From positions 1 through 49,067 of IMG/VR virus record IMGVR_UViG_3300044825_000433: a stretch of 49,067 nucleotides of DNA, one strand, 5' to 3'. The notes below the pieces were generated by a model. It worked only from the letters and a program-made list of their open reading frames with translations. It did no database searches and was not told where the DNA came from. This DNA comes from a virus. Lineage: Duplodnaviria > Caudoviricetes. Positions within the stretch are counted from its first letter, which is position 1; every line of letters begins with the position of its first letter. The position numbers and the translations under genes were made by a program. This document shows, in pieces, positions 20,466 through 31,105 of the stretch.

Positions 20466-21308
20466 ATGGCTTCTACCGGACAATCTGGTGTTGGCGCTCT
20501 AGGCGTTACAGCACAAACAAATGCCCCAGTATCTGACGTTTCAACCCTTTCCTCTTGGGCAGGGCCTTATGTCACCAAGATGCTGGGTAAAACTGAGGCT
20601 TTAGCTGAATCCCCGTATCAGGTCTATCAAGGCCCGATGACTGCGGGTGAGTCAGGATTGCAGTCCAAGGTCTTCCAAGGTCTTGGCTCTCTTTCTTTCC
20701 CCGGAAACTACGGTCAATCCTTTACAGGACAAGCTCCAGAAGGGGCGGTGGATGCCTCTGGTAAGCCAATGACGGGTCAAGGCATTGTCTCTCAATACAT
20801 GAATCCGTATCTCCAAGCTGTGCTCAACCCACAACTGGATGAATTACGCCGTCAGTCTCAGATTACCCAGATGCAAAACGCTGCCAAGGCAACCGGTGCG
20901 GGTGCGTTTGGTGGTTCGCGTCAGGCATTGATGGACACCGAAACGCAACGTAATTTGATGGATCAGATGAACAAGACTGTTGGTCAAGGATATGCCACGG
21001 CATATGACAAAGCCATGCAGCAATTCAATACAGAGCAAGCTCAAGCCAAGAGCTTGGTTGATACCTTGGCAGAACAAGGCGCAGCACAAAGAGGCATTGA
21101 GCAGCAAGGCATCACGGCAGATTACAACGAGTTCCTTGCACAGAGAGACTACCCACAGAAGATGCTTCAGTTCCAGCAATCCATGTTGCAAGGTCTGCCT
21201 ATCTCTACACAGGTTACGCAGCCGGGGCAAATGTCTACATTGGGTCAGCTTTCTTCCACAGCCGGTGGTCTTATTGAAGCATTAAAAGCACTTGGCGTAA
21301 AAATTTAA
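20466..21308 (+). CDS. DNA ejection/pilot protein candidate
   Basis: AAGGAG RBS. Gln-rich, with YMNPY and GAFGGSRQ motifs typical of podovirus ejection proteins. Confidence 0.6.
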   Translation: MASTGQSGVGALGVTAQTNAPVSDVSTLSSWAGPYVTKMLGKTEALAESPYQVYQGPMTAGESGLQSKVFQGLGSLSFPGNYGQSFTGQAPEGAVDASGKPMTGQGIVSQYMNPYLQAVLNPQLDELRRQSQITQMQNAAKATGAGAFGGSRQALMDTETQRNLMDQMNKTVGQGYATAYDKAMQQFNTEQAQAKSLVDTLAEQGAAQRGIEQQGITADYNEFLAQRDYPQKMLQFQQSMLQGLPISTQVTQPGQMSTLGQLSSTAGGLIEALKALGVKI

Positions 21309-21320
21309 ACTGGATCAGCC

Positions 21321-22784
21321 ATGAATCTCATCCAAATCCAAGAGCATTTAAAAGAGATCCCTATGGATGCTCTTATACAGTATGCGAATCAATCTAACCC
21401 GGAGATTCCTCCTTGGCTTGCGTTAACTGAAATCCAGCGCAGAAACAAGGTACAAGAACAGGTTCAGCCTCCGGAAGCTTCTGTCAAAGAACAGATTGAG
21501 CGTAAGGCTGTTGAGCAGGGCATCAATCAACTTGCGGCAGATCAAGCTCGTCAACAACAGGCGGGTCAGCAACTTGCCCAGCAGATGACGGAACCTTCAG
21601 GGCAGGTGCCAGAAGGAGTCCCAGAGCCAGTTCAAATGGCAAGCGGTGGGATTGCCAGCGTTCCCGTTGGTGACATATTTAAATTTGATGGTGGCGGTAT
21701 TGTCACATTTGCAGGCGGCGGTACAGATTCCATCAAAAATCCTTTTGAAGAAGACCGCCCCAAAGAAGAGAAGAGAGAAGAGAAGCCACGCACTCGCTCT
21801 GTTCGCCCCCGCCAAGAGGTTGCCCCACAACAACCAACCTATCTTCAAGAGGCAGAGCAGCGGTTGAAAGGCATGACTGTCCCAACCATCCAAAGCCCAC
21901 AAGAAGCTTTGGCAGAAGCAGCTAAGGCTAACCCTGCCCTACAGCAGCCTGCCGGGGCTGGATATGAAGCTGTCCTGAAGAAGATTGCAGAGCAGGACGA
22001 AGCTAACCAAAGAGCCTTTGAGGAAAGAGAGAAAGCGGCTTCCGGTCGTTCTCTGTCCCAAGCTTTGATTGAGGCAGGAGAAGCCACTCGCGGTGGCGGC
22101 GGCATTGGGTCTCTGTTGGGTGGCTTTGGTCGTTCCCGTGTTGCCGCAGGTCAGGCAGCAGATGAGCGTCGTGCTCGTCAGGAAGCCCTGCGCCGTGAGC
22201 AGAGTTTAAACATGGCAAAGCTGAACTCGGAGATCGAGAACCTGCGCCGTGCTGAAGCCCGTGGTGATGTGGAAGCAGAACGCAAGCATCGTGAAAACAT
22301 TGCCAAGCTTGAACTGGATATCAAAGCCAAACAAGCAGAAGGTTTCAAAGACTTGGCGCAAACTCAACAGACAGGGCAGTACTATAAAGATATTGTCGAT
22401 GTTCAAAGAGAGCAAGCTCGTCGCGCAGGCGCTCAGGCAACTCCTGAGTTTGCCCGGTTGGCTGAATACTTCAAGAGCAAGAATCCAAATCTCACTAACG
22501 AGCAAGCTTATGAAATGGCAGCTAAATACAGCCGTCAGGGTATTGCTGGGGAATACGGTTCCGATAAAACCAAAGCTCAGATCATCCAGAAGATTCAAGG
22601 AGATTTCATGCCTCAAATTGCTATGGCAAGACAGGCAAAGAACACTGCTCTGGAACAAGCTTTAACTGAGCAAATGAATGATGCAATTCGTCGTGCTACT
22701 AGCGGCATTGCAAGTCAGGCACCGGGTGAACCGGCTCCGCAAGGAGGTAAAGGTTGGGGTAAGGCTGAAAAAGTTTCTCCTTAG
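21321..22784 (+). CDS. DNA ejection protein candidate
   Basis: Helical and Q/E/A-rich, carries MASGGIAS-type motifs, and lies between ejection-like genes. Confidence 0.55.
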   Translation: MNLIQIQEHLKEIPMDALIQYANQSNPEIPPWLALTEIQRRNKVQEQVQPPEASVKEQIERKAVEQGINQLAADQARQQQAGQQLAQQMTEPSGQVPEGVPEPVQMASGGIASVPVGDIFKFDGGGIVTFAGGGTDSIKNPFEEDRPKEEKREEKPRTRSVRPRQEVAPQQPTYLQEAEQRLKGMTVPTIQSPQEALAEAAKANPALQQPAGAGYEAVLKKIAEQDEANQRAFEEREKAASGRSLSQALIEAGEATRGGGGIGSLLGGFGRSRVAAGQAADERRARQEALRREQSLNMAKLNSEIENLRRAEARGDVEAERKHRENIAKLELDIKAKQAEGFKDLAQTQQTGQYYKDIVDVQREQARRAGAQATPEFARLAEYFKSKNPNLTNEQAYEMAAKYSRQGIAGEYGSDKTKAQIIQKIQGDFMPQIAMARQAKNTALEQALTEQMNDAIRRATSGIASQAPGEPAPQGGKGWGKAEKVSP

Positions 22785-22794
22785 AAAGAATTAA

Positions 22795-25700
22795 ATGGCG
22801 CTCTATCAGATCAAAGCACCTGACGGTAACACTTATCGTATTGAGGGTCCTGATGGGGCTACTCAAGATGATGTCATCCGGGCTGTGGTTGCCCAGCATC
22901 CTTATTCGGGGTTCGCCACAGAAGAACTCAAGCAGCAGCCTAGAGCACCCATGTCCCTTGGAGACATTGGTCGTGCCGGGTTGTCTAGTCTTGTAGGTGC
23001 CACCGGGTCTATTGCTTCAGCCTTTGGGGCTGAATCTGCCCCTGCCCGTGGTCTACGAGGGCTTGCCCAAGAAATCCAGCAGGGCATGACACCTGAGCGG
23101 CAGGAAGAGATGCGCCGCCGGGAAGAGATCATGAGCAGGGCAGAGAAGGAAGGAACTCTCTCTGAAATTGGGTCTGGCGTTGGCGCTGTCACTGAAGCTC
23201 CAGTTCAAGCTATTGCATCAGGCATTGGTTCGTCCGTCCCGGCTATCGCAGCAGGGATTACAGCGATGGTGGCAGGTGCTCCTTTTGCTATTGCTGGAGC
23301 AGTTGCACTTACTGCCAAGCTTGCCATCGGTGCTCTGCAAGGAGCCGGTGAAGCCAAGGGCAGTATCTTTGAGAGCGTCACCCAAAAGCTGATGGAAGAG
23401 AAGGGTTTGTCCCGTCCTGAAGCAGAAGCCCAAGCCATCAAGGCACAGGAATATCTGGGCAAGAATGCTCCGGGCATCATGGGTGGCGCTGCTGCCGGGA
23501 TGTTGGATGCAGTCTTGGGTGTGGAATCCATGTTTGGCAAAGCTGGGAAAAAGGCAGCTACTCGTCCTCTGACCCAGCCAAGCATGGCAAAGACTGCCGG
23601 GATAACTGCTCTGGGCGAAGCTGTCCCAGAGGCTATCCAAGCCGGTGTCGGTCAGGTCGCAGAGAATGTCGCCCTCCAAAACGCAGGGATAGATACCTCC
23701 ACCTTCCAAGGTGTCTCTGGAGCGGTCGCAAGGGATGCCCTAATGGGTGCCCTAACCGGCGGGGCAGTCTCTCCCCTCCAAATGTCCAGCTTGCGCAAGG
23801 AGTACGCCCAAGAGAAGGAGAGGCGTTTAAACGAAGAGCAGGCAAAGATTGACGAGCAGATCCGCAAGGAAGAGGAGACTCTGCGCCAACAGCAGGAAGC
23901 AGCCGCTGCGCAGGAACGTGCCAAGGAAGAGGAGATGGTTTCTGCTCCTCCGGTTCAGGTCAAGGCTCCCACTAACGTCCATCCCATTCGTAACCCGCTT
24001 GGGAACATAGAGAAGGAAAACTTCCAACAGGAAGGGATTGATCCCTATCTCAGCCAGCACATCGATGAATACAGGAAGAGCGCTGGGCTTCCTCCCATCA
24101 AGTCTTATTCCATCGAAGACATCGTTGACTCCATGCCCGGTGTAAACCCGGTAGAGGAGCAGAAACAGATTGATACCCTCCTTGCTGCCCGCACCGGATA
24201 CCAAGGAGAGCGTTTAACTGCCAAGGATATTCTGGATCAGGCAACGGCTAAACAGATCCCCATAGACCAGTCTTTCTCCGACTTTTTAAACAGGACGACT
24301 GGTCAGGCAGATCCCAAGTCTATGTCTCAGGCGCAGTTGTTTGCTGCGTTTAAATCTATCCAAGCCCTCCCGGAGAAGGCAGAGCTTGAGACCGGCAGCA
24401 ACGCCATCCGGTTCACAGACAAGCAATACAACGCCGCGATCAAGTCCTTGGACAAGAAGCTGGGCGAGGAACCCGTTCTTGTCTCTGATGCATTGTCGGA
24501 TATTAAGTTATCCACAGGTCTCTCAGAGGATATGTATGCCAAGTCTATTCTGGACGAGGCTGTACGCCGTGGGGATGTGGACAGGGCAGGGGAGAAGATC
24601 ACTGCCCCCACAACCGCTGAAGTCCTGCCCGAAGGTTATGAGATCCAAGAAGGCATGTTTGAGCGCGGGGAGAAGCCAGAGGGCTTCCAAGTCCAGATGG
24701 GCGAGAACATCCTGCCTGATGTCTATGCCACCGAGGAAGAGGCAACCAATAAGTCAAACGAGCTTATCAAGGGTCAGGGCAGACTTGCCAAGGAACTCAA
24801 TAACCGGATTGAACAGAACAAAGCTGCCATACAGAAAGCAGAAGAGAAGTTAACTGAATTACAAGCAGCCGGTCAGGAAGGTATTGCCTATGACAGGATG
24901 GTCGCCAATGTGACCAACCTTCGTAACAAGACCTCCGAGAACATCGCCCGTTTAACCGAGCAGCTAGACAGGATTGATCCAACCAAGGTTTCAACCACCG
25001 TCGTCCCCGCCAAGGCTAAGAAAACCAAGGGCAAGGGCTTCACCCTGTTTAAAAACAAGAAGGCGGTCAAGGTATTCAAGACGAGGGAAGAGGCTGAGAG
25101 GGCTATTGTCGAGGGTCTCCCGGAAAAGGAGATCCAAGCTCTAACCCAAGTCAAGGGTCGTCGAACGCTCAAAAAGCGGGCAGAAGAAGAGATAACCCGC
25201 CGGAAACAACCAAAAGAGCCTAAAGTTGAGCAGAAGAAGCCTGAGTTCGAGCCTGCCCTCCGTGCTCTCCTTGACCGCTTTGGTTTAAAGGATGTGGCTT
25301 TAAAGATAGAGAAGGACATGAAAGCCGACGGGGAGTATTCCAAGGCTGTCATTAAGGTCGCTCTGGACTCGGCTAATCCCGTCAGGACGCTACGCCATGA
25401 GTCCATCCATGCCTTGAAAGAGCTTGGGTTCTTCACGCCCCAGCAATGGAAGGCACTGGAGAGAGAAGCCAAGACCAAGTGGATAGACACCTATCTCAGG
25501 CAGAGAAACATCAATGGTGACCCCTTAGAGGCTGGTCAGCAGTCCCGGTACGACGCATACATGAACGTCTACAAGGGCGATCAGGATGCGCTTATCGAAG
25601 AAGCCATCGCAGATGCCTTTGGCGACTTTGACATGACCAAGGCTCCTCCGGGGATGATGTCTGCCATCTTGAAGCGTTTAAAGCTGTTCTTTGAGGCGCT

Positions 25701-28700
25701 ACGCAATGCCCTAACCGGCGCAGGATTCCAGACCTACGAGGATGTATTTGGGAAGGTCGAGCGTGGGGCATTGAAGCCTGCCAAGCCTGAACAGGTTAAA
25801 CCATCCGAGCCTAAGTTCGACCAGACGGACGCTTGGCAAGCCACGCCCAAGGAGCGTCAAGAAGCCTTGGAGATGTATGACGAAGACGGGTTCCTGCCTT
25901 ATGTATCTCAGGGTCGTTTAAACGTACCTATTGATGATGTTAAGTACAGCCTCCAAAAGTTTAATCCTGAGAAACATTTGGACTTTGACTCGACGTTGGG
26001 TGTGCCGATCAACAAGGACGGCACGGTAACCATGTACTACCACACGACCAAGGCAGAGTCCTTGGCGATCAATACGTCCAAAGTTATCCCGGCAAACGGC
26101 AGAAGCCGTATTTACCTGACCAATGAATCTTCCGGTGCGAAGGTCATCCCCAACAAAGGGAACATGGAGCAGGAGATAGACGGCAGCACGGTGCTGGTCT
26201 ATGTGACCCCCGACATGCTGCAAGTGGATACGAAGTATGACGATGGCAGGGTAGACCTGTACATCCCTGTGGCGCAGGGAGAGTACTTCAACAAGAAGAT
26301 GAAGCAGCACTCCATCCAGAAGGCAAGGACTGAAGCCATTGCCAAAGAGTTCAGCTACGAAGACCACGAAAAGCGCATTACCGACTCCATCAAGAAATAT
26401 CAAGCTGCCAGCCAGAAAGAACGTGCTGCCATGCTTAAACAGGCAAGGGGTGTGTTAAAACGTGAACACAATATTGGTTCTTTGCTAACAGAGAACGGCA
26501 AGCTAGAGAAGACCCGCATTGGCGACTACAACCTGTCGTATGACGGTCTGCCTGTTGCTTCCCAAGGTCTTGGTTTGGCATCTGCCCAGAAGATCACTGA
26601 GAAGGTTTCTACTTGCCCCCGCTCTTCAATCTGCGAGGGGCTGTGCTTGGGCGAGACATCCGGCGGCAATTTCATGTTCGGCGGGGCAGCGGCAGAAGAT
26701 GTTGGGGACATCCAGAAGAGTGCCTTCCGCGCTGGCGCACGGATGATCCAGTACCTGAAGACCGAAGCCTTGATCGTCAACCCTGAAGCTTTTGCCGTTT
26801 TGCTTCAGGCTGAGATTGACTCCTTGAAGCGTTGGTCAGCCTCCCCGACAGTCAGGAAGAAGAATCCTGAAACCGGCAAGGTGGGCATGGTTCCAAAAGA
26901 CATCTATGCCCCAGCAGTGCGTTTAAACGTCACATCCGACTTCAAGCCCAGCATGTTCCGGGGCGTGATCGATGGCAACAAAGATGTGATGTTCTACGAC
27001 TACACCAAGATCAACAGCGACACGATTGCCGAAAACCACCACCTTACTTATTCCTCCACAGGATTTGGTCAGATTGTTGACGGCAAGCCCGTGTTCTTCA
27101 AGAACAAGGCTGGCAGGTACGACCACAACTGGGAAACAGTGAAAGACCGTTTAAACAATGGTTTCAATGTGGCGATGGCTTTCTCAAGCAAGTCTGCCCT
27201 GCCCAAGTTTTTGAAAGACGAGAAGAGCGGCAAGACCTATCGCATCTTGGATGGTGATCTGTACGATGCCCGTTACCTAGACCAGTACAGCAAAGAGAAG
27301 GAAGAGTCTGAGGGTGCAGGGGTCATTGTTGGTTTACGCAACAAGGCAGGCACATTAAGCGAGAAGAACGCCACAGAGAAAACCGATGGCTTCTTTGTTA
27401 AATATGATCCAAAGACTGATGGAGACACCGTCGTTGCCCCAGATCAGGATCAATTTAAAACGGCAGAACCGCCAAAGCCTGAACCAATTAAAACAATTCC
27501 TATCGCCAAAAAGAAACTTAGCCTGCGCGACACGCCACAATTTAAACAATGGTTTGGCGACTCGAAGATAGTCAACGAAGATGGCACTCCCAAGGTCATG
27601 TACCACGGCACTGCCCGTGACATCACTGTCTTCCAGCCTAAACAGGCGAATGCTATTTTTGTAACTGAAGATCCTAAGTTTGCAGAAGTGTTTGGCGACA
27701 CTAGCGAAGGCTACATGGTAGGAGAGTTTTTTAACAAAGCTACTCCAGAAAAGCGCAATCAAATAATCATGAAGGCTGCACAACGTGCGCTTGATAACAA
27801 AGATATAAGTAAAAAACAGTTTGATGAAATACAAAGAGAATTCAAGGAAATGGATGTCACCTTTGGTCTCATCCCGACTTCCATAGAATTAGATATTCGC
27901 GACATCATAAATGATGAGTTGCCTTCCCGCGCCAACATCATGCCTGTGTATGTCAGCGCACAGAATCCTTTTGATTATGCAAATGAAGACCACAGAAAAA
28001 AACTTTCTCCAATATTAAAAAAGAATTACAAATTAGAAAATCAACCTAATATACATGCGCGGGATATGGGTCTTCTTGCGCAAGGAAGTTGGATGTTTAT
28101 AGAAGCCCAAAACACCCAAAAATCTATTCGTGAAGCTGGCTTTGACGGATTCTACGTCCTAGAAGGCGGCAGGAAGAACCTAGCTGTCTACAACCCAGAA
28201 CAGATCAAGTCTGCCACTGGCAACTCAGGGATGTATGACAAGTACAACCCTGACATCCGGTACAACCTGCGTGACACTACTGACCCGGCTATCCGGGCGG
28301 CAGTGGATCAGGTTACGACCGCACGGGACGACAGAACCCATGCCGAGCGCATCACTGGTGCCTTGAGAGATAAGAACACATGGTCTAACTTCCGTGCCCA
28401 AGCTTTAAACAGATACAACCGTCTGGCTGACTATGACAAGGAGCTTGTGCGTCGGATGGGTGGAGCAAAGCTCTTGGCTGACTCCAGTGCTGAAGCTGCT
28501 GCCTTGATGTCTGATCTGGGCGCAGGGCTTACAGCCTCTGCTCTTGGCGTTCATGACCGGATCGGTGGTATCCCCGTCTACAAGAACGGTGTGACGACCG
28601 TGACCAATTTAAACAACACGGTCAAGGGTCCTGTAGCTATCTTTGCCCCGCTGTCCAAGTACGGTGATCCCTACATCTACCAGCTATATCAGTTCTGGGC

Positions 28701-30816
28701 AGGAGCCAAGCGCGGCAAGAGACTATTGGCAGATGGCAGGGAGCAGACTTACACCCCAGCCATGATGGCTTACGCCCAGCGTCTGGAGCGGCAGTACCCA
28801 GAGTTTGACCAGATCCAGAAGGAATGGATCAAGTACAACAACGGTCTGGTTCAGTTCCTTGTGGATACAGGTGTGCTCTCCAAGAACAAAGCTGATGAGT
28901 TCACCCGGTACAGTGATTACGTCCCCTTCTACCGTCAGTTTGAGGGCGAGCAGACTATTGGTCCCAACCTGTTTGCTTCCATCTCCGGAGTCAAAGGTCC
29001 CAAGAAGTTGAAGGGCGGGGAAGCTCCTCTGGCAGATTTCCTAGAGACAATTGTCAGGAATACCCAATCTTCAATCCAAATGGGTATCAAGAATGTCGCA
29101 GCCCAGAGAGCCGCTGATGTAGCTACCCAGATTGGTGAGGCTACCCGTTTAAACCATGTGGCTTCCGGTCCTGAGATATTCACCGCCATTGAGAATGGCA
29201 AGCTTGTCTATTACCAGAGCCATGACCACCTGTTTATCAATGCCATCAAGAGCCTGAACCTGCCTGACCTGCCGTTCATTGGGCTACTTGCTGCCCCGGC
29301 AAACTGGCTGAGAAACCTTGTGACCAAAGACCCAGCCTTTATGCTGGCGAACATGGTCAGGGACTCTATGTCGGCGTATGTGACCTCCGGCGCTAACTTT
29401 AAACCGGTAGTCTCCACCATCGCCAACTTCGGTAAGTCGATTGCCGGGACATCTCCTGAGTACGAGAAGCTGTTAAACGCAGGTCTGATCGGGGGCTATG
29501 AGTTCTCCCAGAATGTCGAGCAGTCCAGCAAGACGATGGAAGAAGCCATGCGGATCAAGGCTGGCATCAAGTCTGGCAAGGATTACGCCTTGGGTGTCTG
29601 GCAAGCCTTGGAGAAGGGCACGACCGCATCGGACGCAGCCACTCGTATTGAGGTCTACAAGTCCACAATGGCTGAGACAGGGAATGAGGCAGAAGCTCTG
29701 TTCCGAGCGATGGAGGTCATGAACTTCAACCGTAAGGGAAGCTCTGCCGTTATCCGTGTTCTGACCGCCGCAATCCCCTTCCTGAACGCTCGTATGCAGG
29801 GTCTGGATGTCCTGTACCGGGCGGCTATCAGACCGACCATCCAAAGACTGACCGGCGATTATGTGTCGGGCACAGAGGCTGAAAGGCAGAGAACCTTTGT
29901 GGTTCGTGGTCTGACCATCGCAGCCCTGTCCTGTATGTACTGGGCACTGACCCATGATGACGATGAGTACAAGAAGCAGGAACAAGAGGTCAGGGATAAC
30001 TACTGGCTAGTCCCATCCCTTGGGGTCAAGATCCCCATCCCGTTCGAGGTGGGTATCATCTTTAAGGTCATCCCTGAAAGAATCATGGCGTATTCCTTCG
30101 GGGACGACACCGGGAAGGACTTTGCCAAGTCTATGGGTAAACAGTTGATGAATACCCTTGCGTTTAACCCGATCCCCCAAACTGCCCTGCCTCTCGTTGA
30201 GAACATCACCAACTATTCCTTCTTCACCGGACGAGACATTGTCCCGCAGGGTTTAAAGGATGTAGCTCCTGAGTTCCAAGTCGGTCCCGGCACCTCTCTC
30301 TTTGCCCAGTGGTTAGGTCAAGGTATTGGTGCATCCCCCATGAAGATTGACCATCTGGTCAAGGGATATACAGGGACAATGGGTGGCTACTTGGTAGATG
30401 CGCTAGACATGGTCATGGACTTCAACAATGACTCGCCCAAGGTCTCCAAGCGTCTTGAGCAGATGCCCTTCATCAAACGCTTTGCCCTAGACCCAGAGGC
30501 GCGGGGCACGGTCACAGCCTTCTACGAGATGAAGGATTCGGTAGATGAGGTTACCCGCACAATCAACCTCTTGGAGCGCACAGGGGACTACGAGGCTTGG
30601 GGTGAGTACTACCAAGACAACATGAACATGTTGGCAACGAAGGACTATATCCAAGACTTAGAGAAGCAAATGAAGGAACTCCGGGAGATGAAGAACCTGA
30701 TCCGCAATTCCCAAATGAGTGGCGATCAGAAGCGGGATGCTATCTTGGACATTACCAAAATGGAAAACCAGCTTACCTCAAACATGCAGCAACTCAAGAA
30801 GCTGACCGCAAAATAA
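22795..30816 (+). CDS. Large polyvalent virion protein (HExxH peptidase-like, ART-like, GP88-like, ART-PolyVal, LPD38)
   Basis: LRHESIH...EEAIADAF at about 25390-25620. YYHTT...IYLT at about 26030-26120. CPxxxxCxxxCL...RLNVTSD...FYDYTK...DGDxYDARYLD at about 26600-27350. FKQWFGDSKIV...MYHGT...GFDG...QIKSA at about 27540-28260. LPD38-like IPIPFEVG...NYSFFTGRDIVP at about 30000-30300. Confidence 0.85.
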   Translation: MALYQIKAPDGNTYRIEGPDGATQDDVIRAVVAQHPYSGFATEELKQQPRAPMSLGDIGRAGLSSLVGATGSIASAFGAESAPARGLRGLAQEIQQGMTPERQEEMRRREEIMSRAEKEGTLSEIGSGVGAVTEAPVQAIASGIGSSVPAIAAGITAMVAGAPFAIAGAVALTAKLAIGALQGAGEAKGSIFESVTQKLMEEKGLSRPEAEAQAIKAQEYLGKNAPGIMGGAAAGMLDAVLGVESMFGKAGKKAATRPLTQPSMAKTAGITALGEAVPEAIQAGVGQVAENVALQNAGIDTSTFQGVSGAVARDALMGALTGGAVSPLQMSSLRKEYAQEKERRLNEEQAKIDEQIRKEEETLRQQQEAAAAQERAKEEEMVSAPPVQVKAPTNVHPIRNPLGNIEKENFQQEGIDPYLSQHIDEYRKSAGLPPIKSYSIEDIVDSMPGVNPVEEQKQIDTLLAARTGYQGERLTAKDILDQATAKQIPIDQSFSDFLNRTTGQADPKSMSQAQLFAAFKSIQALPEKAELETGSNAIRFTDKQYNAAIKSLDKKLGEEPVLVSDALSDIKLSTGLSEDMYAKSILDEAVRRGDVDRAGEKITAPTTAEVLPEGYEIQEGMFERGEKPEGFQVQMGENILPDVYATEEEATNKSNELIKGQGRLAKELNNRIEQNKAAIQKAEEKLTELQAAGQEGIAYDRMVANVTNLRNKTSENIARLTEQLDRIDPTKVSTTVVPAKAKKTKGKGFTLFKNKKAVKVFKTREEAERAIVEGLPEKEIQALTQVKGRRTLKKRAEEEITRRKQPKEPKVEQKKPEFEPALRALLDRFGLKDVALKIEKDMKADGEYSKAVIKVALDSANPVRTLRHESIHALKELGFFTPQQWKALEREAKTKWIDTYLRQRNINGDPLEAGQQSRYDAYMNVYKGDQDALIEEAIADAFGDFDMTKAPPGMMSAILKRLKLFFEALRNALTGAGFQTYEDVFGKVERGALKPAKPEQVKPSEPKFDQTDAWQATPKERQEALEMYDEDGFLPYVSQGRLNVPIDDVKYSLQKFNPEKHLDFDSTLGVPINKDGTVTMYYHTTKAESLAINTSKVIPANGRSRIYLTNESSGAKVIPNKGNMEQEIDGSTVLVYVTPDMLQVDTKYDDGRVDLYIPVAQGEYFNKKMKQHSIQKARTEAIAKEFSYEDHEKRITDSIKKYQAASQKERAAMLKQARGVLKREHNIGSLLTENGKLEKTRIGDYNLSYDGLPVASQGLGLASAQKITEKVSTCPRSSICEGLCLGETSGGNFMFGGAAAEDVGDIQKSAFRAGARMIQYLKTEALIVNPEAFAVLLQAEIDSLKRWSASPTVRKKNPETGKVGMVPKDIYAPAVRLNVTSDFKPSMFRGVIDGNKDVMFYDYTKINSDTIAENHHLTYSSTGFGQIVDGKPVFFKNKAGRYDHNWETVKDRLNNGFNVAMAFSSKSALPKFLKDEKSGKTYRILDGDLYDARYLDQYSKEKEESEGAGVIVGLRNKAGTLSEKNATEKTDGFFVKYDPKTDGDTVVAPDQDQFKTAEPPKPEPIKTIPIAKKKLSLRDTPQFKQWFGDSKIVNEDGTPKVMYHGTARDITVFQPKQANAIFVTEDPKFAEVFGDTSEGYMVGEFFNKATPEKRNQIIMKAAQRALDNKDISKKQFDEIQREFKEMDVTFGLIPTSIELDIRDIINDELPSRANIMPVYVSAQNPFDYANEDHRKKLSPILKKNYKLENQPNIHARDMGLLAQGSWMFIEAQNTQKSIREAGFDGFYVLEGGRKNLAVYNPEQIKSATGNSGMYDKYNPDIRYNLRDTTDPAIRAAVDQVTTARDDRTHAERITGALRDKNTWSNFRAQALNRYNRLADYDKELVRRMGGAKLLADSSAEAAALMSDLGAGLTASALGVHDRIGGIPVYKNGVTTVTNLNNTVKGPVAIFAPLSKYGDPYIYQLYQFWAGAKRGKRLLADGREQTYTPAMMAYAQRLERQYPEFDQIQKEWIKYNNGLVQFLVDTGVLSKNKADEFTRYSDYVPFYRQFEGEQTIGPNLFASISGVKGPKKLKGGEAPLADFLETIVRNTQSSIQMGIKNVAAQRAADVATQIGEATRLNHVASGPEIFTAIENGKLVYYQSHDHLFINAIKSLNLPDLPFIGLLAAPANWLRNLVTKDPAFMLANMVRDSMSAYVTSGANFKPVVSTIANFGKSIAGTSPEYEKLLNAGLIGGYEFSQNVEQSSKTMEEAMRIKAGIKSGKDYALGVWQALEKGTTASDAATRIEVYKSTMAETGNEAEALFRAMEVMNFNRKGSSAVIRVLTAAIPFLNARMQGLDVLYRAAIRPTIQRLTGDYVSGTEAERQRTFVVRGLTIAALSCMYWALTHDDDEYKKQEQEVRDNYWLVPSLGVKIPIPFEVGIIFKVIPERIMAYSFGDDTGKDFAKSMGKQLMNTLAFNPIPQTALPLVENITNYSFFTGRDIVPQGLKDVAPEFQVGPGTSLFAQWLGQGIGASPMKIDHLVKGYTGTMGGYLVDALDMVMDFNNDSPKVSKRLEQMPFIKRFALDPEARGTVTAFYEMKDSVDEVTRTINLLERTGDYEAWGEYYQDNMNMLATKDYIQDLEKQMKELREMKNLIRNSQMSGDQKRDAILDITKMENQLTSNMQQLKKLTAK

Positions 30817-31105
30817 GGTAGGAGTTTTCAAAGAGCCAGCCCACTGTCTTGCGGTGGGCGTCTTCCCATACGTTTAAACGCTCTTCTTTGGAGAGCTTAT
30901 GTCCCTGATCTATTTCGTGATGGCACTTGTAACACAGGGCAGCGATTCGGTAGTCGTGCGCTTTGATGCCTTTGCCTTTCCCGTCCCGAAGCTGGTTACT
31001 GTGAGCCGCCACGACGGTTCCATCTTCTGCCCCGCAGTGCTGACATGGTGAGTGTCTGACGGCTTCAAGAAGTCTCTTATCCCTATAGATCACTTCTCTT
31101 TCCAC
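30794..31105 (-). CDS. Zn-binding HNH-like putative nuclease (YbcO/DUF1364-like)
   Basis: PCQHCG...VVAAHSN...GKGIKAHD...LCYKCHHEID. Confidence 0.75.
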   Translation of the reverse strand: MEREVIYRDKRLLEAVRHSPCQHCGAEDGTVVAAHSNQLRDGKGKGIKAHDYRIAALCYKCHHEIDQGHKLSKEERLNVWEDAHRKTVGWLFENSYLILRSAS

